From an uncultured virus (IMG/VR IMGVR_UViG_3300033994_002454) (lineage: Duplodnaviria > Heunggongvirae > Uroviricota > Caudoviricetes), in IMG/VR virus record IMGVR_UViG_3300033994_002454, positions 62,001 through 124,015 of that record: 62,015 bases of DNA. One strand, 5' to 3'. Each line of letters starts with the position of its first letter. Within the stretch, counting starts at the first letter, position 1. This document shows positions 1 through 10,452 of this stretch, in pieces. The notes beneath the pieces were generated by a model, which saw only the letters and a list, made by a program, of their open reading frames with translations, was not told where the DNA came from and searched no databases. A program made the translations under genes and the position numbers.

Positions 1-379
1 TATTTTCTCTATCACCGTAAACTTCATCTGTTGAAATATGTAAAAACTTTTTTAAGTTAGGGTTTTTACGAGCTACTTCTATCATGTTGTAGGTACCTTC
101 AACGTTTGATCTAACAAACGGCAAACCATTTTTGATTGAATTGTCAACATGAGATTCAGCAGCAAAGTGGACTATATAGTCATATTCACCTAACTCTTCA
201 GCAGACACATCACAAATGTCTTTTTCAATGATTGGAGTTGGCTGTTTTATATTGTCTCTATTAGCTGCATATGTTGATTTATCTATTATCAATACTTCAT
301 GGTCAGTATTTTCATTTAAATAATTTACAAAATGCGAACCTATAAATCCTAATCCTCCTGTTACTACTATTTTACTCAT
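1..379 (-). CDS. rmlB: dTDP-glucose 4,6-dehydratase (5' part, runs off the window)
   Basis: Manual translation MSKIVVTGGLGFIGSHFVNY...DKSTYAANRDN...VHFAAESHVDNSI...ISTDEVYG; ATG overlaps the TGA of the upstream gene. Confidence 0.92.
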   Translation of the reverse strand, partial: MSKIVVTGGLGFIGSHFVNYLNENTDHEVLIIDKSTYAANRDNIKQPTPIIEKDICDVSAEELGEYDYIVHFAAESHVDNSIKNGLPFVRSNVEGTYNMIEVARKNPNLKKFLHISTDEVYGDREN

Positions 380-1131
380 ATGTATTTTAAATTATTTTCT
401 GGGTTATGTTTAATATGGGTACCCCATTTGTATTGGGCGTATTGATGTCCTAGTTGTTCTGCTTGTTGTCTTTTTTCTCCGTTTGTTGAAACGGAAGCAA
501 AATGGTAAAAGTGACAATTCCAAGTTCGGATCATTTTTAAATTTGATAGGGAACATTTTAAGAAAAAATCCCAATCTGCTACCATTCCAAGTTCATAGTT
601 TTCATCCCACCCACCTAAACGAATGTAATCATATTTGTTCATGAATATAGGTAAAGTTGAACCACTTTCTTCTTTTTTATCACCTGAAGCGTAGTGGTAA
701 TCATAGAGCCAAAATTTTTCTAGATCAAATGTTTTTGGGTCTGTACCTAAATTTTCAATATGAAATTGGGGAAATATTGAAGGGTATGGTTCAATTTGGT
801 TAGGTGAAATTACTGCCCCATCTTCCCAATCTTCCTCTAACGTAGTATCCCAAAAACGAGGAAACACATTGTCATCGTTTACAATTAATATTTTATCGTG
901 TTGAGCGTTGTATACTCCTAAATTTGTTCCCCTACACAACCCAACATTTTCTTCCATGTTAAGAACATCAATATGTTCAGACCATTTTTCAAGTACTTCT
1001 TTATTGATGTCGTAAAAACCATCTACAACAACTATAATTTGATTTTGATTTTGTTGTCCTTCAATCGCAGAACGTAAACATAAATCTAGAGCATCTGGAG
1101 ATTTATATGTTGGTATAATTACTGATATCAT
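376..1131 (-). CDS. family 2 glycosyltransferase
   Basis: ISVIIPTY, IIVVVDG, VNDD (DxD-like), GGWDENY..ADWDF motifs. Confidence 0.88.
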   Translation of the reverse strand: MISVIIPTYKSPDALDLCLRSAIEGQQNQNQIIVVVDGFYDINKEVLEKWSEHIDVLNMEENVGLCRGTNLGVYNAQHDKILIVNDDNVFPRFWDTTLEEDWEDGAVISPNQIEPYPSIFPQFHIENLGTDPKTFDLEKFWLYDYHYASGDKKEESGSTLPIFMNKYDYIRLGGWDENYELGMVADWDFFLKCSLSNLKMIRTWNCHFYHFASVSTNGEKRQQAEQLGHQYAQYKWGTHIKHNPENNLKYI

Positions 1132-1132
1132 T

Positions 1133-1816
1133 TTAATTGTTTATTTGCTTCCAATCAATTGTAGGTGACATTAATCCTTCCATACAATGTGTTGATAATC
1201 CTGGGATAGGGGTAAGTACAAATCTTGATTTGGTTTGGGCTAAATGTAGAAATTTATTGTGATCACCTTTTATAGAAGTATGGTCTTCAAAATCATCTTC
1301 AAATACCTGTTTTGAAATAACAAAACTTCCACAAGTACTAGGAGTTGTTCTCCAGTGGTGTTTTTTAGTTGTAAAAATTTTAGAAGCTAAATCTTCGTAC
1401 ATTGGTAAAAAATATTTGTCATTATGATCATATAAAGAAACATAATTTAATCCTTGGAAAGTTGAAAATAAATCTTCAATTTTTTCTACCCAATTTTCAA
1501 CATGTAAATAATCATTTTCTAAAAAATATACTAAATCTTTTTCTCCAATCAAAGTTTGTTTAGCTATTTTCCAAGTTTCCCAAAAAGATATTTGATCTGA
1601 TTTTGCATCTATAGTATGTAAAGTATATTTGTCTTGGTATTTTTTTACAAAGTTATTTTCAATACTTCCATCCATTATTAAGTGGAGGTCAACATTTTTA
1701 CCTTCTATAGTGTTTAAAAGGTTTACAAAACACTTTTCAAAATCAAACCATTGAGGGCGATTTTTGTAATCTGAACCTTCTATATTATAATGTCTGTAAA
1801 ATATGTGTATTTTCAT
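1133..1816 (-). CDS. putative GT-A fold glycosyltransferase
   Basis: VYFLENDYLH motif; inside sugar cluster. Confidence 0.6.
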   Translation of the reverse strand: MKIHIFYRHYNIEGSDYKNRPQWFDFEKCFVNLLNTIEGKNVDLHLIMDGSIENNFVKKYQDKYTLHTIDAKSDQISFWETWKIAKQTLIGEKDLVYFLENDYLHVENWVEKIEDLFSTFQGLNYVSLYDHNDKYFLPMYEDLASKIFTTKKHHWRTTPSTCGSFVISKQVFEDDFEDHTSIKGDHNKFLHLAQTKSRFVLTPIPGLSTHCMEGLMSPTIDWKQINN

Positions 1817-2648
1817 TAGAAGGTATATTTAAAATATTTGTAAAATAATTAGCAACATTGATAATTTGTTGTTTTTCTATTTGGATTAAATGTTCTCTTA
1901 ATAAATGTCTAGTTTGAGATGCCTTTTCAATTTCTTCAACTCCAAAAGCGATCCCATATTTAAATATTGGTTGTTTATCTATAATGTTTTCTCTAGTTTC
2001 ATTATCTGAGATTATGATAGAGTTACAGCCACAAAGACTTGCTAAGGTACTTAAATGGGATTCAACATCATAACAATAAAAATTTTTACATGAGTTAAAG
2101 ACATTAATTAAAAATTCATCCCCACAATTAAAAGAAATTTCTACTGCTGTTGGTGAATGATATTTTTTAATAGAATTAACATTTTCTAATTGCTTTCTAT
2201 ATGTAAAACAGTCTTCAATATTTCTTTCTAATTTATAATCCTTAAAATAATCTAACTTAGAATCTGAAATATTAAGAATATTTTTAGGTTTAATCCCATC
2301 ATAAAACCTTTCAGAATAATAAATCCAATGGTCATTTTCTCCCCAAGTATCTTTTCTATTCAAGGTAACATGTCCTATGTTCATAATATACCTTACAATA
2401 TTTTTTCCATTTAGTGGGTTCCCCCACACTATTTCAGGGTATATTATTAAATCGTTTTCTAAATCTATATCTGAAAGATAATAACCTTGAGATTTATATG
2501 CTGAACTAGTATAAAATGGTTGATTATCTTGGATAAAAAACCCAGCATCATATCCTAAATTTAAAAGAATATCACACAATTTATGCAACACTATTATTCC
2601 TCCAGAATTAGGGTTATATGATGGAGAATAAATAATTATTTTACTCAT
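1785..2648 (-). CDS. WavQ-like polysaccharide biosynthesis protein
   Basis: SGGIIVLHKLC, IIYPEIVWGNPLN..NIVRY, ASLCGCNSIII resemble WavQ-type proteins. Confidence 0.55.
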   Translation of the reverse strand: MSKIIIYSPSYNPNSGGIIVLHKLCDILLNLGYDAGFFIQDNQPFYTSSAYKSQGYYLSDIDLENDLIIYPEIVWGNPLNGKNIVRYIMNIGHVTLNRKDTWGENDHWIYYSERFYDGIKPKNILNISDSKLDYFKDYKLERNIEDCFTYRKQLENVNSIKKYHSPTAVEISFNCGDEFLINVFNSCKNFYCYDVESHLSTLASLCGCNSIIISDNETRENIIDKQPIFKYGIAFGVEEIEKASQTRHLLREHLIQIEKQQIINVANYFTNILNIPSNENTHILQTL

Positions 2649-3223
2649 TTTATTTTTTTAGCAGGAGTACCAACATACACCCCAGGTTCATTAATATTTT
2701 TAACAACACATGAGTTCATCCCAATAGTAGATAAACTGTGAATGTTTAATTTTTCTTTAATTGATGAATTTGTTCCCATATAGACACAATCATAGATTGT
2801 TACATTGCCTGATACTATTGCTCCTGGCATAGCGCTGAAATAATCTCCTATTATTGTGTCGTGTCCTATATGGTTTGCTCTGTTTAATAGGGAATGTTTG
2901 CCTAATTTAATATTTGTAGTTAAAATACTATAGGCACCAATAAAACTACCTTCCCCAATTTTAATATCATCATCTAGTATTAGAGCAGTTGGATGAATAT
3001 AGGTAAAATAAACCGTTTCTTTAGGTAACTTTTGAACCACATCAAACCTACTCTTACTATCTCCAATTGCTACCATCATATAATGAGTGGCAGGGTTAAA
3101 TTCAGATATTGGTTTGGCTATATCATTAGCATACTCATCGTCAACATAAAATTCAACTTTTTCTCCTATTTGGGCTGCCACCTCTCTAGCATGCCCACCG
3201 TAACCATATAAAGCTAATTTCAT
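2645..3223 (-). CDS. sugar N/O-acetyltransferase, NeuD/PglD family
   Basis: YGYGGHAREV N-terminus, AIGD..R, hexapeptide repeats, IGHD, VGTPAK. Confidence 0.9.
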   Translation of the reverse strand: MKLALYGYGGHAREVAAQIGEKVEFYVDDEYANDIAKPISEFNPATHYMMVAIGDSKSRFDVVQKLPKETVYFTYIHPTALILDDDIKIGEGSFIGAYSILTTNIKLGKHSLLNRANHIGHDTIIGDYFSAMPGAIVSGNVTIYDCVYMGTNSSIKEKLNIHSLSTIGMNSCVVKNINEPGVYVGTPAKKIK

Positions 3224-3873
3224 TATCTATTTGCTTTTGTATAAACTTCAAATTTAGATAAATCTGGGTATGGTAATTCTAGATCATTATTGTGTTTAGG
3301 AGTGCCATCCATGTTGTAAAATTGGTTCATTAGGAGTAATCCACGAGCAGCTAATTCAGGCATCATATAAAAATTCCAACCTAACATATCAAAATAATCA
3401 TCATGGTATGAACATTCACGTCTTCCACTATATCTAGCTCTTCTAAACCAAAGATAAGCATCATGGCTGTCTGTTAAAATAGCTCCACCTTTACTTAATT
3501 TAAAGTGTTTGTATGGGCCTGTAAATGAAATACACATATGTGTTTCAGGTTTGTACATGTTATGGGTAAAGCTTAAAGCAGCATCCCAAACATTACTTCC
3601 TTCTAATTGATATGCACCTTTAATAGTTTTACCTTTAACCGGTTTAAAATTTACTTTTAATCCAGCATGTATAATTTCACATGGAACAGATGGGTATGTT
3701 CTAGAAGGAATGGTGATTTCATCTGATGTAAGACTTTTATTTACGTAGTGTTCGTAATAAAGTGCTAAAAATAAACCATTTGATTGATTATCTACAGTTA
3801 TCACATAAGGTGCTCCTGTATAGTCAGCTAAACGTTTTTCAAATTCGTTTGTTATATCATAAACATTTTTCAT
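3223..3873 (-). CDS. short DegT/DnrJ/EryC1/StrS-family sugar aminotransferase
   Basis: FEKRLADY, IPSRTY, DAA, SF...K..GGAILTD, GWNFYM..LAA..L motifs; only 216 aa. Confidence 0.8.
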   Translation of the reverse strand: MKNVYDITNEFEKRLADYTGAPYVITVDNQSNGLFLALYYEHYVNKSLTSDEITIPSRTYPSVPCEIIHAGLKVNFKPVKGKTIKGAYQLEGSNVWDAALSFTHNMYKPETHMCISFTGPYKHFKLSKGGAILTDSHDAYLWFRRARYSGRRECSYHDDYFDMLGWNFYMMPELAARGLLLMNQFYNMDGTPKHNNDLELPYPDLSKFEVYTKANR

Positions 3874-4742
3874 AACCGGTTATATAAATTATTAATTTCT
3901 TTATTTAAATTTGTTTGAGCTTGTTCCCTAAACTCATCTTGTCTATTGATTAAATATAAATAATCTTTATAAGGATTCCAACGATACTTATAATTTTCAG
4001 CAACTAAAGTTTCATTTAAAACATACTGTTGGATTTGGTATCCTTTTTGTTTCATTATATTACAACCTATCATTACATAGGTATCATCTACTCCATATGG
4101 ACCAAATGAATCTGGGATATCTGTGGTTTTTAATAGTGGAGTAGAAATAAGGTTAAACCAACCTCCTCCAAATTTAAATTGATCTATGGGTTTTAAAGAA
4201 ATATTTTCTCCTTTTTGGTATACTAGAAAATATGGGTCTAAAATTTCTAAGGTTTTTTGTGCTGTGTGGTTAGCATATTGGGGGTTTACTAAACAATCCC
4301 AACTATCATCCCACAATTTTGTAAGTTGAGGAGAAATGATATAATATGGAATAGAAACCACTTTAGCAGCATTTACTATATATGCAAATAGTTCAGAAGA
4401 AAATATTAAATCAGTATCTAGATAAAGAATATTATCTGCTTTAGTAGAACGGATAGCCTCTCTACGTTTATCATTACATCCTAAACATTTATTTTCTTGG
4501 TCAATTGTAAATTGGGTTTCACTCCAATCACATAATTTTTCAATTTGATTAAACTTATCAATAAAAAATTGTTTAGGTAGTTGAGATTTACTCCAATCAA
4601 TTAAGTTTAAGTTTAATGTAACATCTAAAATTACTTTATCTTCTTTTTCTAAATAATAGCTACCTTGTTTTAGTTGTTTAATTTGCCATTCAAACCAATC
4701 AATTTCCTGAGGTAATAAGTGAATAACTATTTGTGTTGTCAT
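3870..4742 (-). CDS. putative glycosyltransferase (GT-A like)
   Basis: LYLDTD DxD motif, GPYGVDDT; sugar cluster context. Confidence 0.55.
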   Translation of the reverse strand: MTTQIVIHLLPQEIDWFEWQIKQLKQGSYYLEKEDKVILDVTLNLNLIDWSKSQLPKQFFIDKFNQIEKLCDWSETQFTIDQENKCLGCNDKRREAIRSTKADNILYLDTDLIFSSELFAYIVNAAKVVSIPYYIISPQLTKLWDDSWDCLVNPQYANHTAQKTLEILDPYFLVYQKGENISLKPIDQFKFGGGWFNLISTPLLKTTDIPDSFGPYGVDDTYVMIGCNIMKQKGYQIQQYVLNETLVAENYKYRWNPYKDYLYLINRQDEFREQAQTNLNKEINNLYNRL

Positions 4743-4743
4743 A

Positions 4744-5328
4744 TTAAAACCAAGTATTAACTTTAACTCCCATATTTTGAATGGTTTTTACTAAGTCATC
4801 TACTGTATGTTTAGATTCGGAAGGCATAAATCTTTCATGAAATTCAATGTATATCTCTTTTATTCTCAGGATAGTTTTTTCTTTTATAAGATGCCTTAAA
4901 ACTTGAAACTCACTACCTTCAATATCCATTTTGCAAATTATATTAGAATCTTCAGGAAATTGTAAAATAAAATTGGAAAAATTTACACTGGGGACTTTTA
5001 CTTGTGTATCATATCCTGGGTGGTTAAATCCTATTCCGTTAATAGAGGAACCCCATCCATCAATATCTGAATATCCGTCTGAAGGGGAGCCTGTTTTGCT
5101 TTTTTGGTGGTTTTCTTGGTTAAAAATTACAAATCCATCTTCTACCCAAACTGCTTTATTATAAGGTGTTATATTAAGTGGTAATTGCTTAATTCTTTCA
5201 TGTATATTACAAGCAGGATTAGCTTCAAATGTGTGTATTTCAAAACTATCATCAATGATTCCTCTGTTATAAAAATCGATTAACCCTTCACATAAATGAG
5301 TTCCACAATCTAAAAAGATATTTTTCAT
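4744..5328 (-). CDS. FkbM-family methyltransferase
   Basis: FLDCG, FEANP, NKAVW, KMDIEGSEF, IEFH motifs. Confidence 0.88.
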   Translation of the reverse strand: MKNIFLDCGTHLCEGLIDFYNRGIIDDSFEIHTFEANPACNIHERIKQLPLNITPYNKAVWVEDGFVIFNQENHQKSKTGSPSDGYSDIDGWGSSINGIGFNHPGYDTQVKVPSVNFSNFILQFPEDSNIICKMDIEGSEFQVLRHLIKEKTILRIKEIYIEFHERFMPSESKHTVDDLVKTIQNMGVKVNTWF

Positions 5329-5948
5329 AACGTATCGTATAAATTATTTTGTTTTTCTTGTTTCTGAATAGTTTTTGGATGATATAAAGCCCATTCTTCT
5401 TCTGTTGGGAGGTAAGCAAATTGTTTATAACCACTAAGCCTTTCATGTACTTTATTTACCCATTTTATTTCAGGACGGTTTTTGTAAATTCGGGTTTGAA
5501 AATCAGGCCAATTTACCCAACCATCTTGATTTACTCCCCATCTCCATTTTTGAATATGTTCTAGGGTTAAACCTTCTACTGTATTTACTCTAGGTATAGT
5601 AAACGTTTCTACAAGTGGATTGTTTTCTAAGACATAAGGTAAATTGTTAATTAAATTTTCATGAGGTATCTCATCAGCATCAATCTGGAAAATGTAATCA
5701 CCATTACACAAACTGGTCAATTTATTTTTCCAGTCTGCGAAATGGCGATCAAATTTTCCTTTGTGCCATGAAAATTCTCCATTTATGGAGTGGGTGCGGA
5801 GAAAACTTTCCACTTCGGGGTCACCATTTGCTTCATCAAATAAAATCACTATGTTGTCTTGTATGCGTTTGTGACGAAGCAAAAAGTTCACTAAACGTTG
5901 AATTTCAATAAATTCGTTACAGACTGTGATTGCGTATGTAATTTTCAT
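5325..5948 (-). CDS. family 2 glycosyltransferase
   Basis: FQIDADE, WPDFQTRIY, VHERL motifs. Confidence 0.85.
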   Translation of the reverse strand: MKITYAITVCNEFIEIQRLVNFLLRHKRIQDNIVILFDEANGDPEVESFLRTHSINGEFSWHKGKFDRHFADWKNKLTSLCNGDYIFQIDADEIPHENLINNLPYVLENNPLVETFTIPRVNTVEGLTLEHIQKWRWGVNQDGWVNWPDFQTRIYKNRPEIKWVNKVHERLSGYKQFAYLPTEEEWALYHPKTIQKQEKQNNLYDTL

Positions 5949-5982
5949 GTGCTCTTATTATACAAAACATTTTTTAAATATC

Positions 5983-6450
5983 CTAACTATTTTGAAAGAT
6001 TCCAATATGATCTAAAGCTTCAATATAGTCACGTTCTGCAAACATTTTCATGTTTTTCATATCCATTCTATATTTCATAAACTCTCCTGGTTTGCCAGGG
6101 ATTGGATATTTTTCTTTATCTTCTTCTGAAACCTTAATGGCTTTAACAGCTGCCCATCCCCAATTAGAGATGCTTGAACCATTAGCAAATATCATACCTA
6201 ATTCAGGCTGGTTAATTGTGTTTGGAAGCCAAATTAAACCAGTTTCAGGGTCAGTCCAAGCTAAATCTTTGTATAGCTCAGGTAACGTTTCTATTTGTTG
6301 TTTGTAAAACTCATGGTCTTCGGTCATAAATGAATTTGTCCAAAATCCACAAGATAAACTTAAATAGTTATATATTTCAGGAGCAACTTGTGTTTTATAG
6401 CACAAGTCGCCTCCTGATTTAGGACAGTTAATTATTTCTTCGTGTTGCAT
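5983..6450 (-). CDS. hypothetical protein
   Basis: ORF abutting the upstream gene; no motif recognised. Confidence 0.6.
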   Translation of the reverse strand: MQHEEIINCPKSGGDLCYKTQVAPEIYNYLSLSCGFWTNSFMTEDHEFYKQQIETLPELYKDLAWTDPETGLIWLPNTINQPELGMIFANGSSISNWGWAAVKAIKVSEEDKEKYPIPGKPGEFMKYRMDMKNMKMFAERDYIEALDHIGIFQNS

Positions 6451-7742
6451 TATGCTTCTACTTTTTTAAGTTTTGGTAATTCAATTTTATTTAACTTAGG
6501 TAATTGTAGTTGAACATGTTTTGGAAATTCAGGGATTTTACTTTCAAACAAGTTACCTAGTTTTTCTTTCATAGCACTAAATGAAAACTTGTTACGTGAT
6601 TGAAACCCTTGTCGTTTTGCATTTTCAGCATACCCTTTATAGTTTTCAAATACATCTTTTAAATAGTGTCCTACATGACCTGTGTCTACACTAAACCATT
6701 CTGCATCTGCTAATAGCATACTATTTGCTGCTGAAGGGTGTACTTTTGTTAATGTACCTGGTAGAAGTGTAGTAAATTCAGGGTTTAAATAATCAGTATG
6801 GCCACTCCAATTTGTTGTAATAATTGGTTTGTTTGTAAGTGAGAACTCAAGTAATGGGCGACCAAATCCTTCTCCTTTAGTTAAGTTAATCATTGCTTTA
6901 ACTTTAGAATGGTTATAGATTTCGTTCATTTCAACATCAGTAAATTCACCATGCAACAAATAAATGTTTGGTAGGTTAGTTGATTTTACTGTTGCTTTAA
7001 TTGCTTGAATACGTTTAATCAATTCATCTCTATCCATGTAAGAAGATCCTACAGTAGATGTTTTTAAGATAAGTGCAGGTTTTTTAGCTTTGTTTTTAAA
7101 CGTTTCATAAAACGCTTTTACTAATAACCCTACATTTTTTCTATCTTCACCTAAAGCACCTTGCATCCAATGTCCTACAAACAAATAAGCAAATTCTTCT
7201 TTTATATTAGATAAATCAAATGTTGATTTTACTGGTTTGTATGTTTCAGTATTAGCGCCTTCAAAAATTACTTCACTATCACCTTTCCATTCAATAATCC
7301 CTACTGTTTGGTTTGTTTGTTGATCGCGCTTTTCAAATTTACTTTCTTTAAGTACTTTAATTGTATGTTCAGAAGAACCTAAAATCAAATTCATACGACC
7401 ACAACCTTCAACCCATTCAGCTGGTGCTATTGTGGTTTCAATTCCAGCTGTACATCCAATATTATATTTTCCTACTGGTTGGAATTCATTTGGAACTGTA
7501 ATTTGCATCCAAATTTCAGGTTGTGCTGGTAATTGAGGGGTTTGAAGTAAATGTTTTGCTAAAAATTCCCACTCTGGATTGTTTTTAATAAATCCAAATG
7601 GGGTGTTTCCCCATCGTTGGGGTAGGACTTTTACATCATACTTATCTAATTCAATAATCGCTTTAACGATATCGCGAGAACGTGCTCCATAGCCACTGTA
7701 TGTATCAATTGCACAACTAATTACAAAAACTGGTTTACTCAT
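6450..7742 (-). CDS. family 4 (GT-B) glycosyltransferase
   Basis: SGYG, RKN, GEGFGRPLLE, TTNWSGHTD motifs. Confidence 0.88.
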   Translation of the reverse strand: MSKPVFVISCAIDTYSGYGARSRDIVKAIIELDKYDVKVLPQRWGNTPFGFIKNNPEWEFLAKHLLQTPQLPAQPEIWMQITVPNEFQPVGKYNIGCTAGIETTIAPAEWVEGCGRMNLILGSSEHTIKVLKESKFEKRDQQTNQTVGIIEWKGDSEVIFEGANTETYKPVKSTFDLSNIKEEFAYLFVGHWMQGALGEDRKNVGLLVKAFYETFKNKAKKPALILKTSTVGSSYMDRDELIKRIQAIKATVKSTNLPNIYLLHGEFTDVEMNEIYNHSKVKAMINLTKGEGFGRPLLEFSLTNKPIITTNWSGHTDYLNPEFTTLLPGTLTKVHPSAANSMLLADAEWFSVDTGHVGHYLKDVFENYKGYAENAKRQGFQSRNKFSFSAMKEKLGNLFESKIPEFPKHVQLQLPKLNKIELPKLKKVEA

Positions 7743-7769
7743 ATTTTTTATTTTAATTTAATATATAAT

Positions 7770-8447
7770 TTAATTTTTAGGTTTCCAAATAAATCCTGCA
7801 GCTGTTTTCTGTCTTCCTGCAATTGCACTTTTAATGTCTCCTCCTAGTTGCCTTTCAGCTTCTGAAATGCTTGGCCATTCTTTAAGGAAATTATTTTGAG
7901 TATCAAATTGGAGAATAGGTTTACTTCTAGATTGGTTTGCTTGGGTAGTATCTCTTCCTTTCAAAGATTGGGATATTTTGTTTCCCCAAGTTATTTTATC
8001 AGTTCCATTTTCCTTCCTTGTATTCCATCTTTTTTGTCCAATTTCAGACATTTCTTCTTTTGTTTTTCCATCCCAAATACCCAACATACTTTTACTCTTC
8101 TTGTTTTTGGTATCTTGAGATTGTTTTTTCCCAGTTAACATAGCAGAATATTCTTCTTTTAACCGCTCATACACCCTTGAACCTATAACATATGTTTTTT
8201 CTTTTACTTTCTGTTTTCCTATAGCCATCAAAAACAAAGCATGTTTGAGTTTATTTTCTTTTGAGTATATTTCACAAAGTAACATATGGCATAAAAAATG
8301 TTCACGAGCAGTCAATTCAACAATATTTTCTTTTTCATCTAAACCTCCAATACATTTTGGGATTATATGATGTTTTTCAACATATCCCTCTAGTTTACGG
8401 GTTTGGGCACGTTTAATAATTTGGTTGTATATTCTTGTATAATCCAT
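7770..8447 (-). mobile_element. free-standing HNH homing endonuclease with NUMOD3/NUMOD1-type C-terminal DNA-binding motifs
   Basis: EKHHIIPKCIGG..N..LTAREHFLCH; KISQSLKG; KPILQFD...WPSISEA...TAAGFIW; start taken at MDYTRIY. Confidence 0.88.
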
Positions 8448-8495
8448 TAGGCACACGTTTTATTATACATATGTGTGCCCATTGGAAAGTACAAT

Positions 8496-8732
8496 TTATT
8501 TAAAAATTTTATCACCAAATGGCCATCCTAAAAAATCTTCTAAGTCCATTATTGATTCTAATAAAGAAATACAATAATCTTCGTCTTTTGATTCAAACTT
8601 TTGAGCCTTTAATTCTACACTATCATTAAGTTTTCGTGTGTAAAATAATTTGAAACTATCCTCTGTTGTAGGATGATTGATATAGTTATCGTATATCTGT
8701 TTTGCTGTTAATTGTTGTGTTAAATTTTCCAT
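8496..8732 (-). CDS. hypothetical protein
   Basis: 78-aa ORF with AAAGTT-ATG start context. Confidence 0.55.
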   Translation of the reverse strand: MENLTQQLTAKQIYDNYINHPTTEDSFKLFYTRKLNDSVELKAQKFESKDEDYCISLLESIMDLEDFLGWPFGDKIFK

Positions 8733-8738
8733 AACTTT

Positions 8739-10178
8739 TTAATATACAAATTCGTGATCAATTGTGTCTTCTTTAACTTCATTAACGTTGATTAGCTCAT
8801 ATCTTTCTCGCGGAGTCCACGTGTTAAATAATTTATCTATCGCGTGAATTGCTCTAACTCCCATATGCTCTCCTGTAAGACCAGCTTCGTTTACAGCCCA
8901 ATGTCTTCCTACTTTACCAAGGTCTTTTCTTGTTGCTCTATCCAACGCATATACTTCGGATATACGAGCTGCTGCATCTTCAGCAGTACATCTATCATCC
9001 CAAATATAAGGTGTTTTAGGTGAACCTTGAATTGAGCGGCTTGTTGGATAAACCGGAAACGCCCATGAACCATGGTTTTTATAACGGCCTGTGTGGTTTG
9101 AAGGAATTTTCGGAGACGGTGTAAACCAATTACCATATTCATCTTCAAAACGCATTTGGTCTTGCATACCACCTGTTACGTTTGCTATAATTACAGTTCC
9201 TGCTAAAATCGCTTCTGTCAATGACAATCCCCAACCTTCATTTGATGTCAATAAAATTTGAGCATCTGCTAAATTATAAAATTGGTTTAACTGTTTACTG
9301 TCTAACTTGTTTGTTGAAAAATAAATTGCTTTAGGGTATTTTGGAAACAATACTTTTCTAACTGCTTCTAAATCTGTTCCGTGATCGCTTACAATTTCGG
9401 TGTGCATTACCATAGCACATTTATCTGCTTTTTCTTTCGGTAATGTGTCTAAAAACAACCTAAAAGCTAACATTGTATCCGGAATTTGTTTACGTCGAAT
9501 GTTTCTTGAATTAAAAAACACTACAAAATCCTTTTCATCACCTCCAAAAATTTGCTTTTTAAACGCTTCAAGTTCTTTTAATTCATTTTCCTTTTCAATC
9601 GGATAATATATTTCATGATTCAATCCATGAGGAACATAGTGAATCACTTTGTTTTTAGCTTTTTCACCTAAAACAAGCTCGTTAATCAATTTTGTTTGTT
9701 TTGAAATTGCTAACAATGCATCACATGACTCGTAAAATGCTTTGTTGTACAACGGTGCCGGATAATCATCCCAGATGTTCAAATAAATGATTGGCATTTC
9801 TTTTCTAATCTCGTTTTCGATTTGAAATAACCATTCAAAATATCTTGGATCGGTAATTAACATGATTGCATCTGGTTGTTCAATTGCAATCAATTGACGG
9901 ATCAAATCTGGATTTCCATAGCCATCAACCGGATACAAGAAAACAGAAGAATCTGTTAAACCTGTGTTTGTGTTAGTGTCTTTGGAAATGTCAAATCGTT
10001 TTCCTTTTTCGGGATGATTTATTGCTCCCGCAATGTTAACCCAATTGAAATGTTGGGCTGTGTTTAAAACTAATTCGCGTGCCACTGTTGCTACACCGGA
10101 GTGTACTCGAATGTCATCACAAATTAGCATGATTTTTTTCCGCTCATTCTGCGGTAGATACTTAAAACTTGAATTCAT
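8739..10178 (-). CDS. family 4 (GT-B) glycosyltransferase
   Basis: SGVA, VPHG, NSRNIRRK, NEGWGLSLTEA motifs. Confidence 0.88.
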   Translation of the reverse strand: MNSSFKYLPQNERKKIMLICDDIRVHSGVATVARELVLNTAQHFNWVNIAGAINHPEKGKRFDISKDTNTNTGLTDSSVFLYPVDGYGNPDLIRQLIAIEQPDAIMLITDPRYFEWLFQIENEIRKEMPIIYLNIWDDYPAPLYNKAFYESCDALLAISKQTKLINELVLGEKAKNKVIHYVPHGLNHEIYYPIEKENELKELEAFKKQIFGGDEKDFVVFFNSRNIRRKQIPDTMLAFRLFLDTLPKEKADKCAMVMHTEIVSDHGTDLEAVRKVLFPKYPKAIYFSTNKLDSKQLNQFYNLADAQILLTSNEGWGLSLTEAILAGTVIIANVTGGMQDQMRFEDEYGNWFTPSPKIPSNHTGRYKNHGSWAFPVYPTSRSIQGSPKTPYIWDDRCTAEDAAARISEVYALDRATRKDLGKVGRHWAVNEAGLTGEHMGVRAIHAIDKLFNTWTPRERYELINVNEVKEDTIDHEFVY

Positions 10179-10211
10179 ATAACTATATTTGTTTTGGTTT
10201 AATGTACAAAT

Positions 10212-10409
10212 TTACTCTTCGCTTTCCAAGCTTAGGTTGTTGTGGTTGTGGATTTGTTTTCTAAAGTCTTCGTCTGTTAAATAAAGGTGAACTGCTCGTT
10301 CACTTAATTTTTGAAACGAAAATTTACGTTTAATACACTCTACTTTAAATTGTTCAAACAGGTCTTTGTCTAGTTTGACGCTTGTTAACTGTTGGTTTTT
10401 TTCACTCAT
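10212..10409 (-). CDS. small ribbon-helix-helix-like DNA-binding protein
   Basis: LTSVKLDKDLFEQFK..C......FQKL..RAV pattern (strand plus two helices). Confidence 0.55.
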   Translation of the reverse strand: MSEKNQQLTSVKLDKDLFEQFKVECIKRKFSFQKLSERAVHLYLTDEDFRKQIHNHNNLSLESEE

Positions 10410-10452
10410 ATGTTTTTAAATTAATATTATCGTATATACATATGGTAGTATA

